Of a stretch of DNA of 64,000 nt, positions 37,036-47,455 are shown in pieces (the stretch's first letter is position 1; every line of letters begins with the position of its first letter). The stretch is taken from contig CALXXY010000001.1 of NCBI GenBank assembly GCA_944392815.1, positions 133,141 to 197,140 on the forward strand, written 5' to 3'. The notes beneath the pieces were generated by a model. That model saw only the letters and a program-made list of their open reading frames with translations. It was not told where the DNA came from and searched no databases. A program made the translations under genes and the position numbers. The DNA comes from an uncultured Alphaproteobacteria bacterium (GTDB lineage: Bacteria; Pseudomonadota; Alphaproteobacteria; Rs-D84).

Positions 37036-38031
37036 CTATTTTTTTAATTTACATTTGCTGGATTTTACTGTTTCCCATAGTTCTAGTTTATGGTTTTCAA
37101 GTTCATAATCTTTTACCAAATTGCTTAAAAACAGTTCAAACTCCATTAATGTCTCAGCCAGATGTTTTTTGCGTCTAAATAAAGTCCATTTGTTTATTTT
37201 TACGAGGCGTTCAAAACGTTTGGATGTATTTATCAGTGCGTATTCGGGAAATAGCATATTGATGCGTTGCGTTTCAATGGTATAACGACGAACTCCCAGA
37301 AAAAAGTCATATCGGTTATCTGGTGGATAAAAATACACTTTGGCACCTGGTACGTGTTTTATTGCGTTTTGGCCATATTTATGCACAATAGCCATTGACA
37401 ATATAATATCATCACATATAGGCCCCTTGTCCAAATATAATTTTTTTATAATATTGCGTGGCACGCGTTTTAACCGTGGTGCAAGATTGTATTTTTTCAA
37501 AATATCCTGTGCATCACGCACAATAAACAAGCGCCCATGAAAATAACCGCGTTGCGGCAACAAATAGCGCATTTCGTAGTATGCTTTCATTATTTTTTGA
37601 AAGTTATTAAGTCGCCCCTTGAAAATTGGCAAAACCTTGGCACAGGCAACCCGCAGTGTATCATTTGCACACATGATGTTATATAATTTCTTTATGGCGG
37701 CCCTATCTATTATCACATCGGCATCACAATATAGTATAAACCCATTTAATTTACGAACATTTGCAATCTTCCTTTCGGCCACAAGTTTTCCGGCACGCGA
37801 ATGTACGATGCTTAAATGCAAATCTTTACACAATTCCTGAGTTTGTTTATTTTGTATTACCGCCAATGTATTATCAGTGGTTCCATTCAAACAAATGATT
37901 GTTTCAAATTGTACATGCTTATCCAAACGATTTAACGCTTGTTTTAGCGCCAAAAGGGTTGAGAATATTGTATTTTCCTCATTTTTTACTGGAATGCCTA
38001 TTGTTAGCGGTGGTATCATTGCTGTATCCAA
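37036..38031 (-). CDS. Glycosyltransferase family 2-like
   Basis: N-terminal LTIGIPVKNEENTI (GT-A fold start) and a CDADV D.D-like motif. Confidence 0.5.
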   Translation of the reverse strand: MDTAMIPPLTIGIPVKNEENTIFSTLLALKQALNRLDKHVQFETIICLNGTTDNTLAVIQNKQTQELCKDLHLSIVHSRAGKLVAERKIANVRKLNGFILYCDADVIIDRAAIKKLYNIMCANDTLRVACAKVLPIFKGRLNNFQKIMKAYYEMRYLLPQRGYFHGRLFIVRDAQDILKKYNLAPRLKRVPRNIIKKLYLDKGPICDDIILSMAIVHKYGQNAIKHVPGAKVYFYPPDNRYDFFLGVRRYTIETQRINMLFPEYALINTSKRFERLVKINKWTLFRRKKHLAETLMEFELFLSNLVKDYELENHKLELWETVKSSKCKLKK

Positions 38032-38048
38032 GTTACAAAGGTATCTAC

Positions 38049-38669
38049 ATGATTATAGATGATTTCACGCAATATGCAAGTTGTTATGATTTGTTCATTT
38101 TTGATATAAATGGTGTATTAGATAACAATCATGAAGCAAAGGTAAGAACTTTATCTGAAGCGTTCCCAGCATTATCTGATTTGCAAATTTCCAAAATAAA
38201 TATTGGTATGGAACGTGCATACGAAAAAAGCAAGGATAGCCCAACCGCATCTCATATTGTGACCGCGTTTGAAGATAACGGCATTGTAATAGACAGCAAT
38301 AAAGCGGAAGAATTGGCAAACAGATACTATGACCTAAATCGTATCAAGCCAGAAATCACAAATTTTCTAAATCAATTAAGCGAAACAAAGAAAGTATGCT
38401 TGTACACATCTTTATCTAAAGCAAAGGTGGATTATATAACTAGTAGATGCCCACTGTCGTCCAATATATTGGTATTTGCCCGCGAGGAACAAGTGGAATC
38501 AAAGCCGTCTATTAGCAATTTAGAGGCAATTTTGCGCATAACAAACACACCGATTAATCGCGCCGTTTTGTTTGGTGATAATGTCGCAGTTGATATTATG
38601 CCAGCACATCTACTGGGGATTAAGGCCGTTTTAGTTAGCAATTATGTTGATGCGGTCATCAAAGTATAA
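38049..38669 (+). CDS. HAD-superfamily hydrolase-like
   Basis: Motif I FDINGVL (DxDG-like, N variant), motif IV FGDNVAVD. Confidence 0.45.
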   Translation: MIIDDFTQYASCYDLFIFDINGVLDNNHEAKVRTLSEAFPALSDLQISKINIGMERAYEKSKDSPTASHIVTAFEDNGIVIDSNKAEELANRYYDLNRIKPEITNFLNQLSETKKVCLYTSLSKAKVDYITSRCPLSSNILVFAREEQVESKPSISNLEAILRITNTPINRAVLFGDNVAVDIMPAHLLGIKAVLVSNYVDAVIKV

Positions 38670-39469
38670 ATAAATTTTGAAGCATCTGACACATTACCAC
38701 GTATAAAATACGCTGGGGTGTGGTTAGATATATTTTGTATATCTGCAAGTCGTTGCTTCATGATGTGGCGCGTGTCAAAACTATTTTGCGTTTCGGTAAA
38801 GTTATTATACAAAAAGTTCAAGTTGCGAATATCCCTGCTTGCCTCTTCATACAAGTGCCAAAACAGTTTTAACCTGTCCAATTTATAGCAGGTCAATTCT
38901 GTTTCATTTGTAATAATCGGAAAAACGACCAAAGCTAATTTAGCAGATTTTGTACGAATATTAAGTGTGGAATCACAGGCCGTTTTGTTTTTTAAGTTGT
39001 CCTTCGACAATGGACAAGCGGCCACAATAGTCTGGGTTTGACCATCCAATACAAACTTTTCATCGCCAATAAATTCCGCATTTGGCAGTTGTTGCAAGGT
39101 TACAGCCAATGTCGTCTTACCGATGCCAGACATACCACCAATTATGGCAATGGCCTTGTTATTAATCGCAACTGCCGCGCCATGCACCTGATAAAGTCTG
39201 TGTGCCTGTCTTTTTTGTTCTAATAGTGCCCCAACAATCACAATAACAGATCGCAAATCAACATCTGCATCAGTTATTTTGATATTATTGCCCCGCCAAT
39301 CAAAGGAGGCCCCACGAGAAATCGTCATCTCTGCGGGCTGTGCTGATTTGGTTATACATGCCCCCGGTATATATTCACGTAAAAAATAATGTGCAGATAA
39401 TGTATCATATACGCTTTTTAGCGTATCACATACAACACATTGTCCCAAAGATCGTATAGCTATTCGCAT
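38642..39469 (-). CDS. HprK-related P-loop kinase-like protein
   Basis: HGAAVAINNKAIAIIGGMSGIGKTTLAVTL...EFIGDEKFVLDG resembles the HPr kinase C-terminal P-loop domain. Confidence 0.45.
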   Translation of the reverse strand: MRIAIRSLGQCVVCDTLKSVYDTLSAHYFLREYIPGACITKSAQPAEMTISRGASFDWRGNNIKITDADVDLRSVIVIVGALLEQKRQAHRLYQVHGAAVAINNKAIAIIGGMSGIGKTTLAVTLQQLPNAEFIGDEKFVLDGQTQTIVAACPLSKDNLKNKTACDSTLNIRTKSAKLALVVFPIITNETELTCYKLDRLKLFWHLYEEASRDIRNLNFLYNNFTETQNSFDTRHIMKQRLADIQNISNHTPAYFIRGNVSDASKFIYTLMTAST

Positions 39470-40536
39470 ATTATAGATTTATAAAATTCCAGTAATTTAT
39501 TTGTCTGTTTTTTGACATTCCAATTATTAACCGCTTCAAACTCTGCATTTTTTGCAATCTTTGTTCGCTTCACTTCATTAGATAAAAGTTCCGTGATTGC
39601 ATTTGATAATGCTTTTACGTCTTTTGGTGGCACCAACAGCGCATTATAGTCATGCTTGGCAAAATCAACCATGCCGGCGCAATTCGTTGTTATGATAGCA
39701 CATCCACACATTGCCGCCTCTAACATTGTGGTTAAAACGCCTTCTTTGGCACTGGATGGACATGCAAAAATTTTGGCTCGGTTATAATAATTTATTAATT
39801 CCTGAGTGGATAGATTTTTGTAATGATGAGCATGTGGATATTTTGCGACAATATCTTCTAGTGGTCCCGCCCCCACAACAACTAAATTAAAGTTGTTTGT
39901 ATTTGTCGTTTCTAATAATTCCAAAATACCCTTATGCGGATATAAACGCCCAACAAATAAAACATCAATGTCACGTTCTTGATGCATATTTTTAAATATT
40001 GAACTATCAACCCCGTTGTGTACAACAGATATGGGACGACGCAAAGATTTTATATTCGTTCCCCATGCATCTTTTACACTTTCAGAAACCGCCAGCAGTC
40101 CTGTCGCATTATATAATGCAATTTCCATTAAATTATCAAAATACTCTGGCGTACCGTGTAAATGGACAACTGTCTTATAACGATCGGGGATAAACAACGC
40201 ATCTGTTGTATTATGGATAACGACAATATCAAATTTCTCTGTGTTGCCGGCATAAAAATATTCAGCCGCATATTTACCAAATAAATATGATTCTATATTA
40301 ATATCTGTCCACGTATCCCCTGTTTGTGTCGGCACCCGCAGGGGCAGTTCAACCAGTTTTACAGACGGATGCGATACGATAAATTCGTCAAAAATTCTAG
40401 ACCGCTGACCTACATCAGCGGTTAGTACAGTAATATTGTGTCCTTGACTTACAAATTCGGCACACTGATTCAGGGCAATTACCTCGGCACCGCCGATATA
40501 ATACCCCAATCTGTAGTAGTGAATCAGTATGTTCAT
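39460..40536 (-). CDS. Glycosyltransferase family 4
   Basis: GT-B C-terminal motif ...EGVLTTMLEAAMCGCAIITT... Confidence 0.55.
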   Translation of the reverse strand: MNILIHYYRLGYYIGGAEVIALNQCAEFVSQGHNITVLTADVGQRSRIFDEFIVSHPSVKLVELPLRVPTQTGDTWTDINIESYLFGKYAAEYFYAGNTEKFDIVVIHNTTDALFIPDRYKTVVHLHGTPEYFDNLMEIALYNATGLLAVSESVKDAWGTNIKSLRRPISVVHNGVDSSIFKNMHQERDIDVLFVGRLYPHKGILELLETTNTNNFNLVVVGAGPLEDIVAKYPHAHHYKNLSTQELINYYNRAKIFACPSSAKEGVLTTMLEAAMCGCAIITTNCAGMVDFAKHDYNALLVPPKDVKALSNAITELLSNEVKRTKIAKNAEFEAVNNWNVKKQTNKLLEFYKSIICE

Positions 40537-40544
40537 GATTGCTT

Positions 40545-41012
40545 CTATATTTTACGCACAATTGGCATAACATTTTGCTCAAAATATTCGCGTTGGGCTG
40601 GGAATCCAATTATCTTTTCGTCAACCAATGCCTCGGAATCCAGCCATACAACCTTTACTTTATCCTCACGTTCTTCGCAAAAATCCAGCACAGCATCACT
40701 CGGCACCTTTGCCACAAAGAATATATGAGCCTCGTTATATGCACCACGTTTTTCAATTTTTTGCTCTGCAACTTTAAATTTATATGGTTCTTTTACTTGT
40801 TGTGCCAGTCCAACCATAAATTCTGCTGTTTTACCAAGTTCTTCACGTAATTCGCGGGTTAAAGCCTGTTCCGCGGTAGTTTCGCCGTCATCAAATCGTC
40901 CGCCAATCGTACCATAGGCACCCGGTGCATATTCCAAAATGGCAATTTGCTTTTTATCGCCAACTATGCGTACTGGAATAATATATGCCGCATAACTAAT
41001 ATCTTTGATCAT
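40545..41012 (-). CDS. NUDIX hydrolase
   Basis: Nudix box GGRFDDGETTAEQALTRELREELG. Confidence 0.75.
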   Translation of the reverse strand: MIKDISYAAYIIPVRIVGDKKQIAILEYAPGAYGTIGGRFDDGETTAEQALTRELREELGKTAEFMVGLAQQVKEPYKFKVAEQKIEKRGAYNEAHIFFVAKVPSDAVLDFCEEREDKVKVVWLDSEALVDEKIIGFPAQREYFEQNVMPIVRKI

Positions 41013-41506
41013 TTTTCTCTCCTTGTATTATATAAAATTTCTAAACTTTTTATGTCTGTTGCTGATTTTATCACAGATTGCAATGAATCTAAATCACTTT
41101 CGTATTCTTCATTATTATCCGGGGTATGTATCAGATTACTTGGTGCGTATTTTTCCCACGGGGTACAATATTTATTACGAATATATTTTTTTATTTGTGG
41201 TCCTGTTGCCAGTGCATTGTATCCCTCTACAATAACCAATAAATGATCCCTGCCAGTACGGTCTGGACCTAATTGATAATTTATTGTCGCATCTTTCCAG
41301 TCTTGTGTCATCTCCGTTTTATAATCTGGTGCCAGCACGGGCTGATAACCTATTAACATATCATAGGTCATCTTAAACCTTGCAGAGACTAAAACAGACA
41401 AATTCCGTGACTGTAATTGCTTATAAAACTCAAATCTTGCGCGAAAAGTCCGTAAACTCAGTTGCAGAGCATCTGGTTTTAATAGAAAAAGAGTTTTTTC
41501 TAACAT
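41009..41506 (-). CDS. Divergent nucleoside-diphosphate-kinase-like protein
   Basis: KTLFLLKPDA (cf. NDK ERTFIMIKPDG), LVIVEGYNALATG, NLIHTPD (cf. NIIHGSD, catalytic His). Confidence 0.4.
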   Translation of the reverse strand: MLEKTLFLLKPDALQLSLRTFRARFEFYKQLQSRNLSVLVSARFKMTYDMLIGYQPVLAPDYKTEMTQDWKDATINYQLGPDRTGRDHLLVIVEGYNALATGPQIKKYIRNKYCTPWEKYAPSNLIHTPDNNEEYESDLDSLQSVIKSATDIKSLEILYNTRREK

Positions 41507-41620
41507 ATATTATCCCTATGACGCAGATAAGGCTAACACATTGTTTTTATTTGTCAAATACTTCTATAAATCGTTGCGTGGTGTAAAATTGCTTGGTAAT
41601 ATTGCAGGAAAGGGGTAAAA

Positions 41621-42730
41621 ATGAAAGTTGCTATATTTTGCGACTATCTGCATTCGTTCGGCGGCACAGAATACTATAATGCAACCTTAGCAATGGAATT
41701 AAAAAAACGCGGTATAGATGTGCGTGTATTTGTATGTGAAAAGCCGCAAAATTTATATTGGTTTGACCGCTTGCAAAAACAAGGTATCACAACATACGCT
41801 CCAGAGCGTTTTCGCGAAAACCGTGATGACCACACTATAGATGCCGAATTTGCTGCCGATATTATGGACGAGTTTATTGCATGGGCACCCGATGTTATAC
41901 ATGCCAGCCCCGCTGCAAACATGCTGGGCGCATACATAAAACATAAAAAAGCCCCCCATCTGCCGATTGTGGCAACAGAACATACAACACCCAGCCCAGA
42001 TTCTGCTTTTTGGTATCCTGTGCACTTTGATAAAATTTTGAAAAACATAGATGCTTTTGTGGCGACCTGTAAGGCATCTGTAAATGGCATCAGACAATTT
42101 CATAAATTCCGTGGCCCTATACACATAATACCACACTTTATAAACAAGCCGCTTTTATATAGCACTCGGCGCATACCAAATTCGGTTGCTTGCATTGCCC
42201 GAATGTCACCAGAAAAGGGTATCGGTGTTTTACTGGTGGCATGGAAAAGCGTTATTAAACAAGTACCAGATGCAAAATTATACTTATACGGACACGGTCG
42301 TGCCAAGCTATATTTTGAACGTCTGGCACTATCTTTGGGACTGGGAAACACTGTTCGTTTTGCAGGCGTATTTGATCCACGTCGTGGTCCAAGTGCCATT
42401 GCTGGCAAGCATGACATATTCGTACAACCGTCCTTATTTGAAAGCATCCCTACATCGCTTATTGAACTAGCCTTGCTAGGCAAACCTGTAATTGCCACGG
42501 ATGTTGGTGGTGTTAGGGAGTTAATAAACAATAAAACAGGTGTTTTAATAAAAAGCGCATCAACAGACGTATTATCCAAAGCCATTGTGCAGTTATTGCA
42601 TGATAAAGAACGTCAAGCTGTGTTGGCGAAACAACTGCAACAATCTGTCGCTAATAAATATGACCTAAATGCCAATATTGATGCTATGATCAAGTTGTAT
42701 CAAGATGTTATACAAGCACAGAGCAAGTAA
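41621..42730 (+). CDS. Glycosyltransferase family 4
   Basis: FGGTEYYNATLA N-terminus; ESIPTSLIELALLGKPVIATDVGGVRELI (the E-X7-E region). Confidence 0.75.
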   Translation: MKVAIFCDYLHSFGGTEYYNATLAMELKKRGIDVRVFVCEKPQNLYWFDRLQKQGITTYAPERFRENRDDHTIDAEFAADIMDEFIAWAPDVIHASPAANMLGAYIKHKKAPHLPIVATEHTTPSPDSAFWYPVHFDKILKNIDAFVATCKASVNGIRQFHKFRGPIHIIPHFINKPLLYSTRRIPNSVACIARMSPEKGIGVLLVAWKSVIKQVPDAKLYLYGHGRAKLYFERLALSLGLGNTVRFAGVFDPRRGPSAIAGKHDIFVQPSLFESIPTSLIELALLGKPVIATDVGGVRELINNKTGVLIKSASTDVLSKAIVQLLHDKERQAVLAKQLQQSVANKYDLNANIDAMIKLYQDVIQAQSK

Positions 42731-42731
42731 T

Positions 42732-43910
42732 ATGAAACAATATATTTATGCTTCTAATCGCTACAAACGTTTTTTTGCAAAGTCTATAACTGGCATAAAA
42801 TTCATGCGTTCTTTGCACGTACAAGCCATAGATAATGCCTCTATCATAATTGAACCAGACACGCATCGTTTTGGTGTGTTTGATGCAAAAGGTGCACTTG
42901 TGCAAGATTCACTGCAATTACGCAATAAAATTGTGCAAAGGGCACCGAAATTTATATCGCCGACCAAAATTTTAGATATAGAGGCGGTGTATATAGGAAC
43001 CCTAGAGGACCATTTTGGACATTTCTTATTGGAACACACAAACCGCTTGTACCCCGTTTTGCATATTAAATATAAGCATATGAAATACGTCATATTAAAC
43101 AACAGAAATCTGCCAAAAGTATCAGACTTTGTGTATGAATTTCTGCAAATACTTGGCATCAATGAATCCGACATTTTTATAATAAATGATAATGTAAAAA
43201 TAAAACGATTATATATACCCCCAGTAGCATTTGAAATACCCAATAAATCTTCATCTGCATTTTGTAAAACATTTGATGCCGCTGCGGCGTACGCACAACC
43301 AGCGCACCGGATTAAAAAAGTTTATGTATCCAGGGAACGTTTGTCGGAGCGCGCTACATTTGGCGAACAACAAATACGACAACTATTTGAAAGGAATGGA
43401 TTTACTGTTATTTATCCAGAACAATTGTCTTTGTATGAGCAAATCTGTTATATGAAACATTGCAAATGCCTAGCTGGCATTGCTGGTTCTGCTTTGCATT
43501 TATCGCTATTTATGCCCAAGGGCAGCAAAGTAATACAAATTAAACGCAATAAACTGCTGGCAGACAATGCAAGCACACAGTATTTGTTGTGTAAAACTAA
43601 ACATTGCGACTTTGTTTTGGTGGATTGTGCGTGTGAAATCTTACCTACACATCACTGGTCGGAATTTCCTCAGATAATAGGTTCAACCAAATATTTAAAA
43701 CAGTTTTTAAGAGATTGTCAATTTAATTATACCGCCCAAGACCTTAGTTGTGATAAATCTATTCGTAAAAAATACCGCCACGCCTTTCGTGCAAAAGGTG
43801 GATTTATTCGCTATCAAATAAAACGCACTCTTGTTTATGTTTTGCCACACATGATGCCCACAAAACGATATAAAAATCGTATGCGTCGTTGGTTAAATAC
43901 GCATCTATGA
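42732..43910 (+). CDS. DUF563/GT61-like glycosyltransferase
   Basis: FGHFLLEHTNRLYPV motif typical of the DUF563 capsular/glycan transferases. Confidence 0.45.
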   Translation: MKQYIYASNRYKRFFAKSITGIKFMRSLHVQAIDNASIIIEPDTHRFGVFDAKGALVQDSLQLRNKIVQRAPKFISPTKILDIEAVYIGTLEDHFGHFLLEHTNRLYPVLHIKYKHMKYVILNNRNLPKVSDFVYEFLQILGINESDIFIINDNVKIKRLYIPPVAFEIPNKSSSAFCKTFDAAAAYAQPAHRIKKVYVSRERLSERATFGEQQIRQLFERNGFTVIYPEQLSLYEQICYMKHCKCLAGIAGSALHLSLFMPKGSKVIQIKRNKLLADNASTQYLLCKTKHCDFVLVDCACEILPTHHWSEFPQIIGSTKYLKQFLRDCQFNYTAQDLSCDKSIRKKYRHAFRAKGGFIRYQIKRTLVYVLPHMMPTKRYKNRMRRWLNTHL

Positions 43911-44146
43911 TAAAAATAATACGCGTATAAAATTGTCGGGATAAACAGTCCTAAAACTTCAAGTCGCGTCAGATAAGTTTTCAAGTCAGCCGTTTTATTT
44001 TGGTGATTACAGACATCGGTTGAAAACAAAATCGTTTTTTGGTATTCTGATAGTGAAAGGAGTCGAACTGGCACGTGCGTGCCATAATTGACCCCTTTTT
44101 TTATTTATGTGAATTTCGCATAAATAATAAAACAAGGAGAGAGGAA

Positions 44147-45466
44147 ATGAATAAATTACAAATTGAAAATTTGAAACTGGGTGATATCCACGCGTATAAA
44201 AACAACGCGAAAAAACACCCAGAATCTCAGGTGCAGCAGATTATATCTTCTATAACCAAGTTTGGTTTTAATAATCCAATATTAATCGATGAAAATAATG
44301 AAATTATCGCAGGTCATGGTCGTTTTATGGCCGCCCAGGTAATGAATCTGGAAACTGTTCCAACTGTAAAACTGTCACATTTAACGGATGCACAAAAACG
44401 TGCATATAGATTGGCCGATAACAAAATCGCTGAAAATGGTGGTTGGAATAAAGAATTGTTAAGTCTGGAAATCAAAGATTTGGAAAAGATATGCTTGAAC
44501 GATAATTTTGTAATCCAAGATATTGGATTTAATGATGCGGAATTTGATTCTATCGTTAATTTTACAGACACAAAACCAATCAATCCGAAAACCAATGCTG
44601 TTCCATTTATACCAGAAGATGAAATCATATCCAAACCTGGTGATATATGGCAATTAAGCAAACATCGCATAATCTGTGGTGACAGTTTAAACCCAGAAAC
44701 ATTTGCAAAACTGTTTGAAAATGATAAGGCAGATATGATTCTGCAAGATCCGCCATATAATGTCAAAATAGATGGGCATGTATGTGGTTCGGGCATTATT
44801 AAACACAAAGAATTTGCAATGGCGTCTGGCGAAATGACCGCAGATGAATTCACGCAGTTCTTGATGAATAACTTCGCATTGTGTAAACAGTATTCTAATA
44901 ATGGTTCCCTGCATTATAACTTTATGGATTGGCGTCATGTCTTGGAAATCACAACTGCGGGCAAGAACATATTTGATAAATTCATCAATATGTGTGTATG
45001 GGTAAAAACATCTGGTTGTATGGGCAGTTTATACAGAAGCCAACATGAACTATGTTTTATATTCCAAAACGGCAAAGGATCACATAATAACAATGTTCAA
45101 CTTGGTAAATATGGCCGATACAGAACCAATGTATGGCAATATGCAGGCGTGAATACTTTTGGCAAACATAAACAAGACGGCATCATGCATCCAACGGTTA
45201 AGCCCATAGAGATGCTAAAAGATGCAATATTGGATGTATCAAAACGTGGTGATATTGTGTTGGACAGTTTTCTTGGCTCGGGTAGCACTTTAATTGCATG
45301 TCAACAATCTGGACGAATTTGTTATGGCATAGAATATGAACCGTTGTACATCGATACAACAATACGCAGGTTTCAGAATTTATTCGGGATAGATGCGATA
45401 AATTTATCCATCGATAAAACATACAATGAAATATTGAAAGAGCATAAGGGGGGTAATAATGTATGA
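44147..45466 (+). CDS. ParB-like nuclease domain fused to a DNA (N6-A/N4-C) methyltransferase
   Basis: aaggagagagg RBS; N-terminal ParB/Srx motif (KFGFNNPILIDENNEIIAGHGRFMAA); MTase motif IV ILQDPPYNV and motif I IVLDSFLGSGSTLIACQQSGR. Confidence 0.75.
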   Translation: MNKLQIENLKLGDIHAYKNNAKKHPESQVQQIISSITKFGFNNPILIDENNEIIAGHGRFMAAQVMNLETVPTVKLSHLTDAQKRAYRLADNKIAENGGWNKELLSLEIKDLEKICLNDNFVIQDIGFNDAEFDSIVNFTDTKPINPKTNAVPFIPEDEIISKPGDIWQLSKHRIICGDSLNPETFAKLFENDKADMILQDPPYNVKIDGHVCGSGIIKHKEFAMASGEMTADEFTQFLMNNFALCKQYSNNGSLHYNFMDWRHVLEITTAGKNIFDKFINMCVWVKTSGCMGSLYRSQHELCFIFQNGKGSHNNNVQLGKYGRYRTNVWQYAGVNTFGKHKQDGIMHPTVKPIEMLKDAILDVSKRGDIVLDSFLGSGSTLIACQQSGRICYGIEYEPLYIDTTIRRFQNLFGIDAINLSIDKTYNEILKEHKGGNNV

Positions 45467-45833
45467 TTATGAAATAGGATATGGTCGCCCACCAAAATCG
45501 ACCAGATTTAAACCCGGTCAATCGGGTAACCCAAAGGGTCGTAAAAAGGGTTCTAAAAACACGTACAGCATATTACGTGATATATTGAATCAGAAAGTCA
45601 CAGTAAATACGACTGACAAAGGTGCAATACAAATTACTAAACAACAAGCAATTTTATTGCAAGCAACTAATCAGGCGGTTTCTGGTGATATTAAAGCAAT
45701 AACATTTGTTATGCCGTACCTGTTGAAGATGGACGAAAAAGAAGCAGAACGTAATACATTGAATAAACAATTAAATATTAATGATAAACAAATAATTGAA
45801 ACATGGTTGAAGAACAATGGGACAAAACACTGA
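45459..45833 (+). CDS. DUF5681-like phage protein (terminase small-subunit-like)
   Basis: GRPPKSTRFKPGQSGNPKGRKKGSKN signature; overlaps the start of terL. Confidence 0.5.
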   Translation: MYDYEIGYGRPPKSTRFKPGQSGNPKGRKKGSKNTYSILRDILNQKVTVNTTDKGAIQITKQQAILLQATNQAVSGDIKAITFVMPYLLKMDEKEAERNTLNKQLNINDKQIIETWLKNNGTKH

Positions 45834-47286
45834 TATTTTACTATCACTTTTGCGAACTGATTTTAAATCGTTTTGTATAAAAGTGTTTAATACGATTTCA
45901 AGTGCAGACACATACATGGATAATTGGCATGTAGATGTGATTTGTAATGAAATCGAACAGATGATCGATGGTAAGAATAACCGTTTGATAATAAATATTC
46001 CGCCACGTAATATGAAATCTATTATCTGTTCTGTTGCGCTACCGGCATTTTTGTTGGGGCTCGATCCATCAACAAGAATTATTTGTGTAAGTTATAGTGA
46101 CGAATTGGTAAAAAAGCTATCCAATGATTGCAAAATGGTTATGACAAGTAGTTGGTATAAAGAACTATTTCCGCGTACAGTGATAGATTCAAAACATTGT
46201 TCAGCAACAAATTTTGGAACTACACGCAGTGGCGGTCGTTTTGCAACATCTGTTGGTGGACCATTAACGGGTATAGGTGGCGATTGGATTATTATAGACG
46301 ATCCATTAAAAGCCAGTGATGCATGTTCCGACACAGTAAGAGGAAAAGTAAATAATTGGTATACCAATACATTGTATTCGCGTCTAAATAACAAAAACAC
46401 AGGTCGTATTTTAGTTGTTATGCAACGTTTGCATGAAATGGATTTAACAGGATATTTATTATCAAAAACACTTGGATTCAAACAAATTCGAATACCAATA
46501 ATTGCAGAAGATGACGAGAATTGGTCTTTTACAGATAAATTTAATCGTAACCATAATATAAAACGCAAAAAAGATGAACTACTGCACCCCGCACGTGAAA
46601 ATTTTGACGCGGTCACCGGTATGCGTAATATGATGGGAGAATTTGCTTTTGCCGGGCAATATCAACAACGCCCCGTTCCACAAGATGGTGGCATAGTAAA
46701 AAGGGGATGGTTGCATTATTATAATCAAGTGCCTAAAATATGGCGCATCATCATTTCTTGGGATACTGCCGCAAAAGCTGGTTCTGCAAATGCTTATTCG
46801 GCATGTTCGATTTTTGGAATATGTGACGGTGACAAGCCTGGTAAATACAACCGAAAAATCATATTATTGGAAGTTCGCAGAATGAAGTTAGAATTTCCGG
46901 CTCTAGTGAACTTTATTGAAAGATTTCCAGAAGAAATTCGTGATAAATATCGACAATATTTTACCAACGATTGCGTCCAAGTTGAGACTATCATAGAAGA
47001 TGCGTCATCTGGAACCGCCATAATACAATTTTTACAATCAAAAGGTATACGTGTCAGACCAATAAAGTCCGAAACAGATAAAGAGACCAGATTGACTGGC
47101 ATCACGCATCTTTTAGAAAACGGAACCGTTTTATTACCAAATCAACAAAACGGTGACTTAGTTGATTTCTTTGATGAATTGTTTAAATTTCCAAATTCTA
47201 CATTCAAAGACATGGTCGATTCTTTTTCTCAGGGCGTTCGATACATAGATGACTCCTACATCTCCGGATCACGCGGGTATTTCTGA
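45817..47286 (+). CDS. terL: Phage terminase large subunit (GTA/alphaproteobacterial phage type)
   Basis: W.VDVICNEIEQ...RLIINIPPRNMKSI..LPAFLLGLDPSTRII (ATPase domain) and IIIDDPLK; C-terminal nuclease WDTAAKAG. Confidence 0.7.
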   Translation: MGQNTDILLSLLRTDFKSFCIKVFNTISSADTYMDNWHVDVICNEIEQMIDGKNNRLIINIPPRNMKSIICSVALPAFLLGLDPSTRIICVSYSDELVKKLSNDCKMVMTSSWYKELFPRTVIDSKHCSATNFGTTRSGGRFATSVGGPLTGIGGDWIIIDDPLKASDACSDTVRGKVNNWYTNTLYSRLNNKNTGRILVVMQRLHEMDLTGYLLSKTLGFKQIRIPIIAEDDENWSFTDKFNRNHNIKRKKDELLHPARENFDAVTGMRNMMGEFAFAGQYQQRPVPQDGGIVKRGWLHYYNQVPKIWRIIISWDTAAKAGSANAYSACSIFGICDGDKPGKYNRKIILLEVRRMKLEFPALVNFIERFPEEIRDKYRQYFTNDCVQVETIIEDASSGTAIIQFLQSKGIRVRPIKSETDKETRLTGITHLLENGTVLLPNQQNGDLVDFFDELFKFPNSTFKDMVDSFSQGVRYIDDSYISGSRGYF

Positions 47287-47455
47287 TGCCTACAATTATT
47301 AAAAAACCATTGAATGTGCAAAATTCTCTATCTGAATCCTATTTTATGTAAAATCTTTCTGGGACCCCACCGGGTCCACGTATATCTATTACTCTGCCAA
47401 ATAAATTTAGCAATGATCTATGATGGTGTAATTGCCACTAAACATTAGGTTTATT

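Noticed and set aside
37899-38048. N-terminal 50 aa of track ORF 37899-38669 overlapping the GT2 gene start
   Set aside because: The HAD-like domain begins at the Met at 38049 (MIIDDF...). The upstream extension overlaps the divergent GT2 gene and has no start context.
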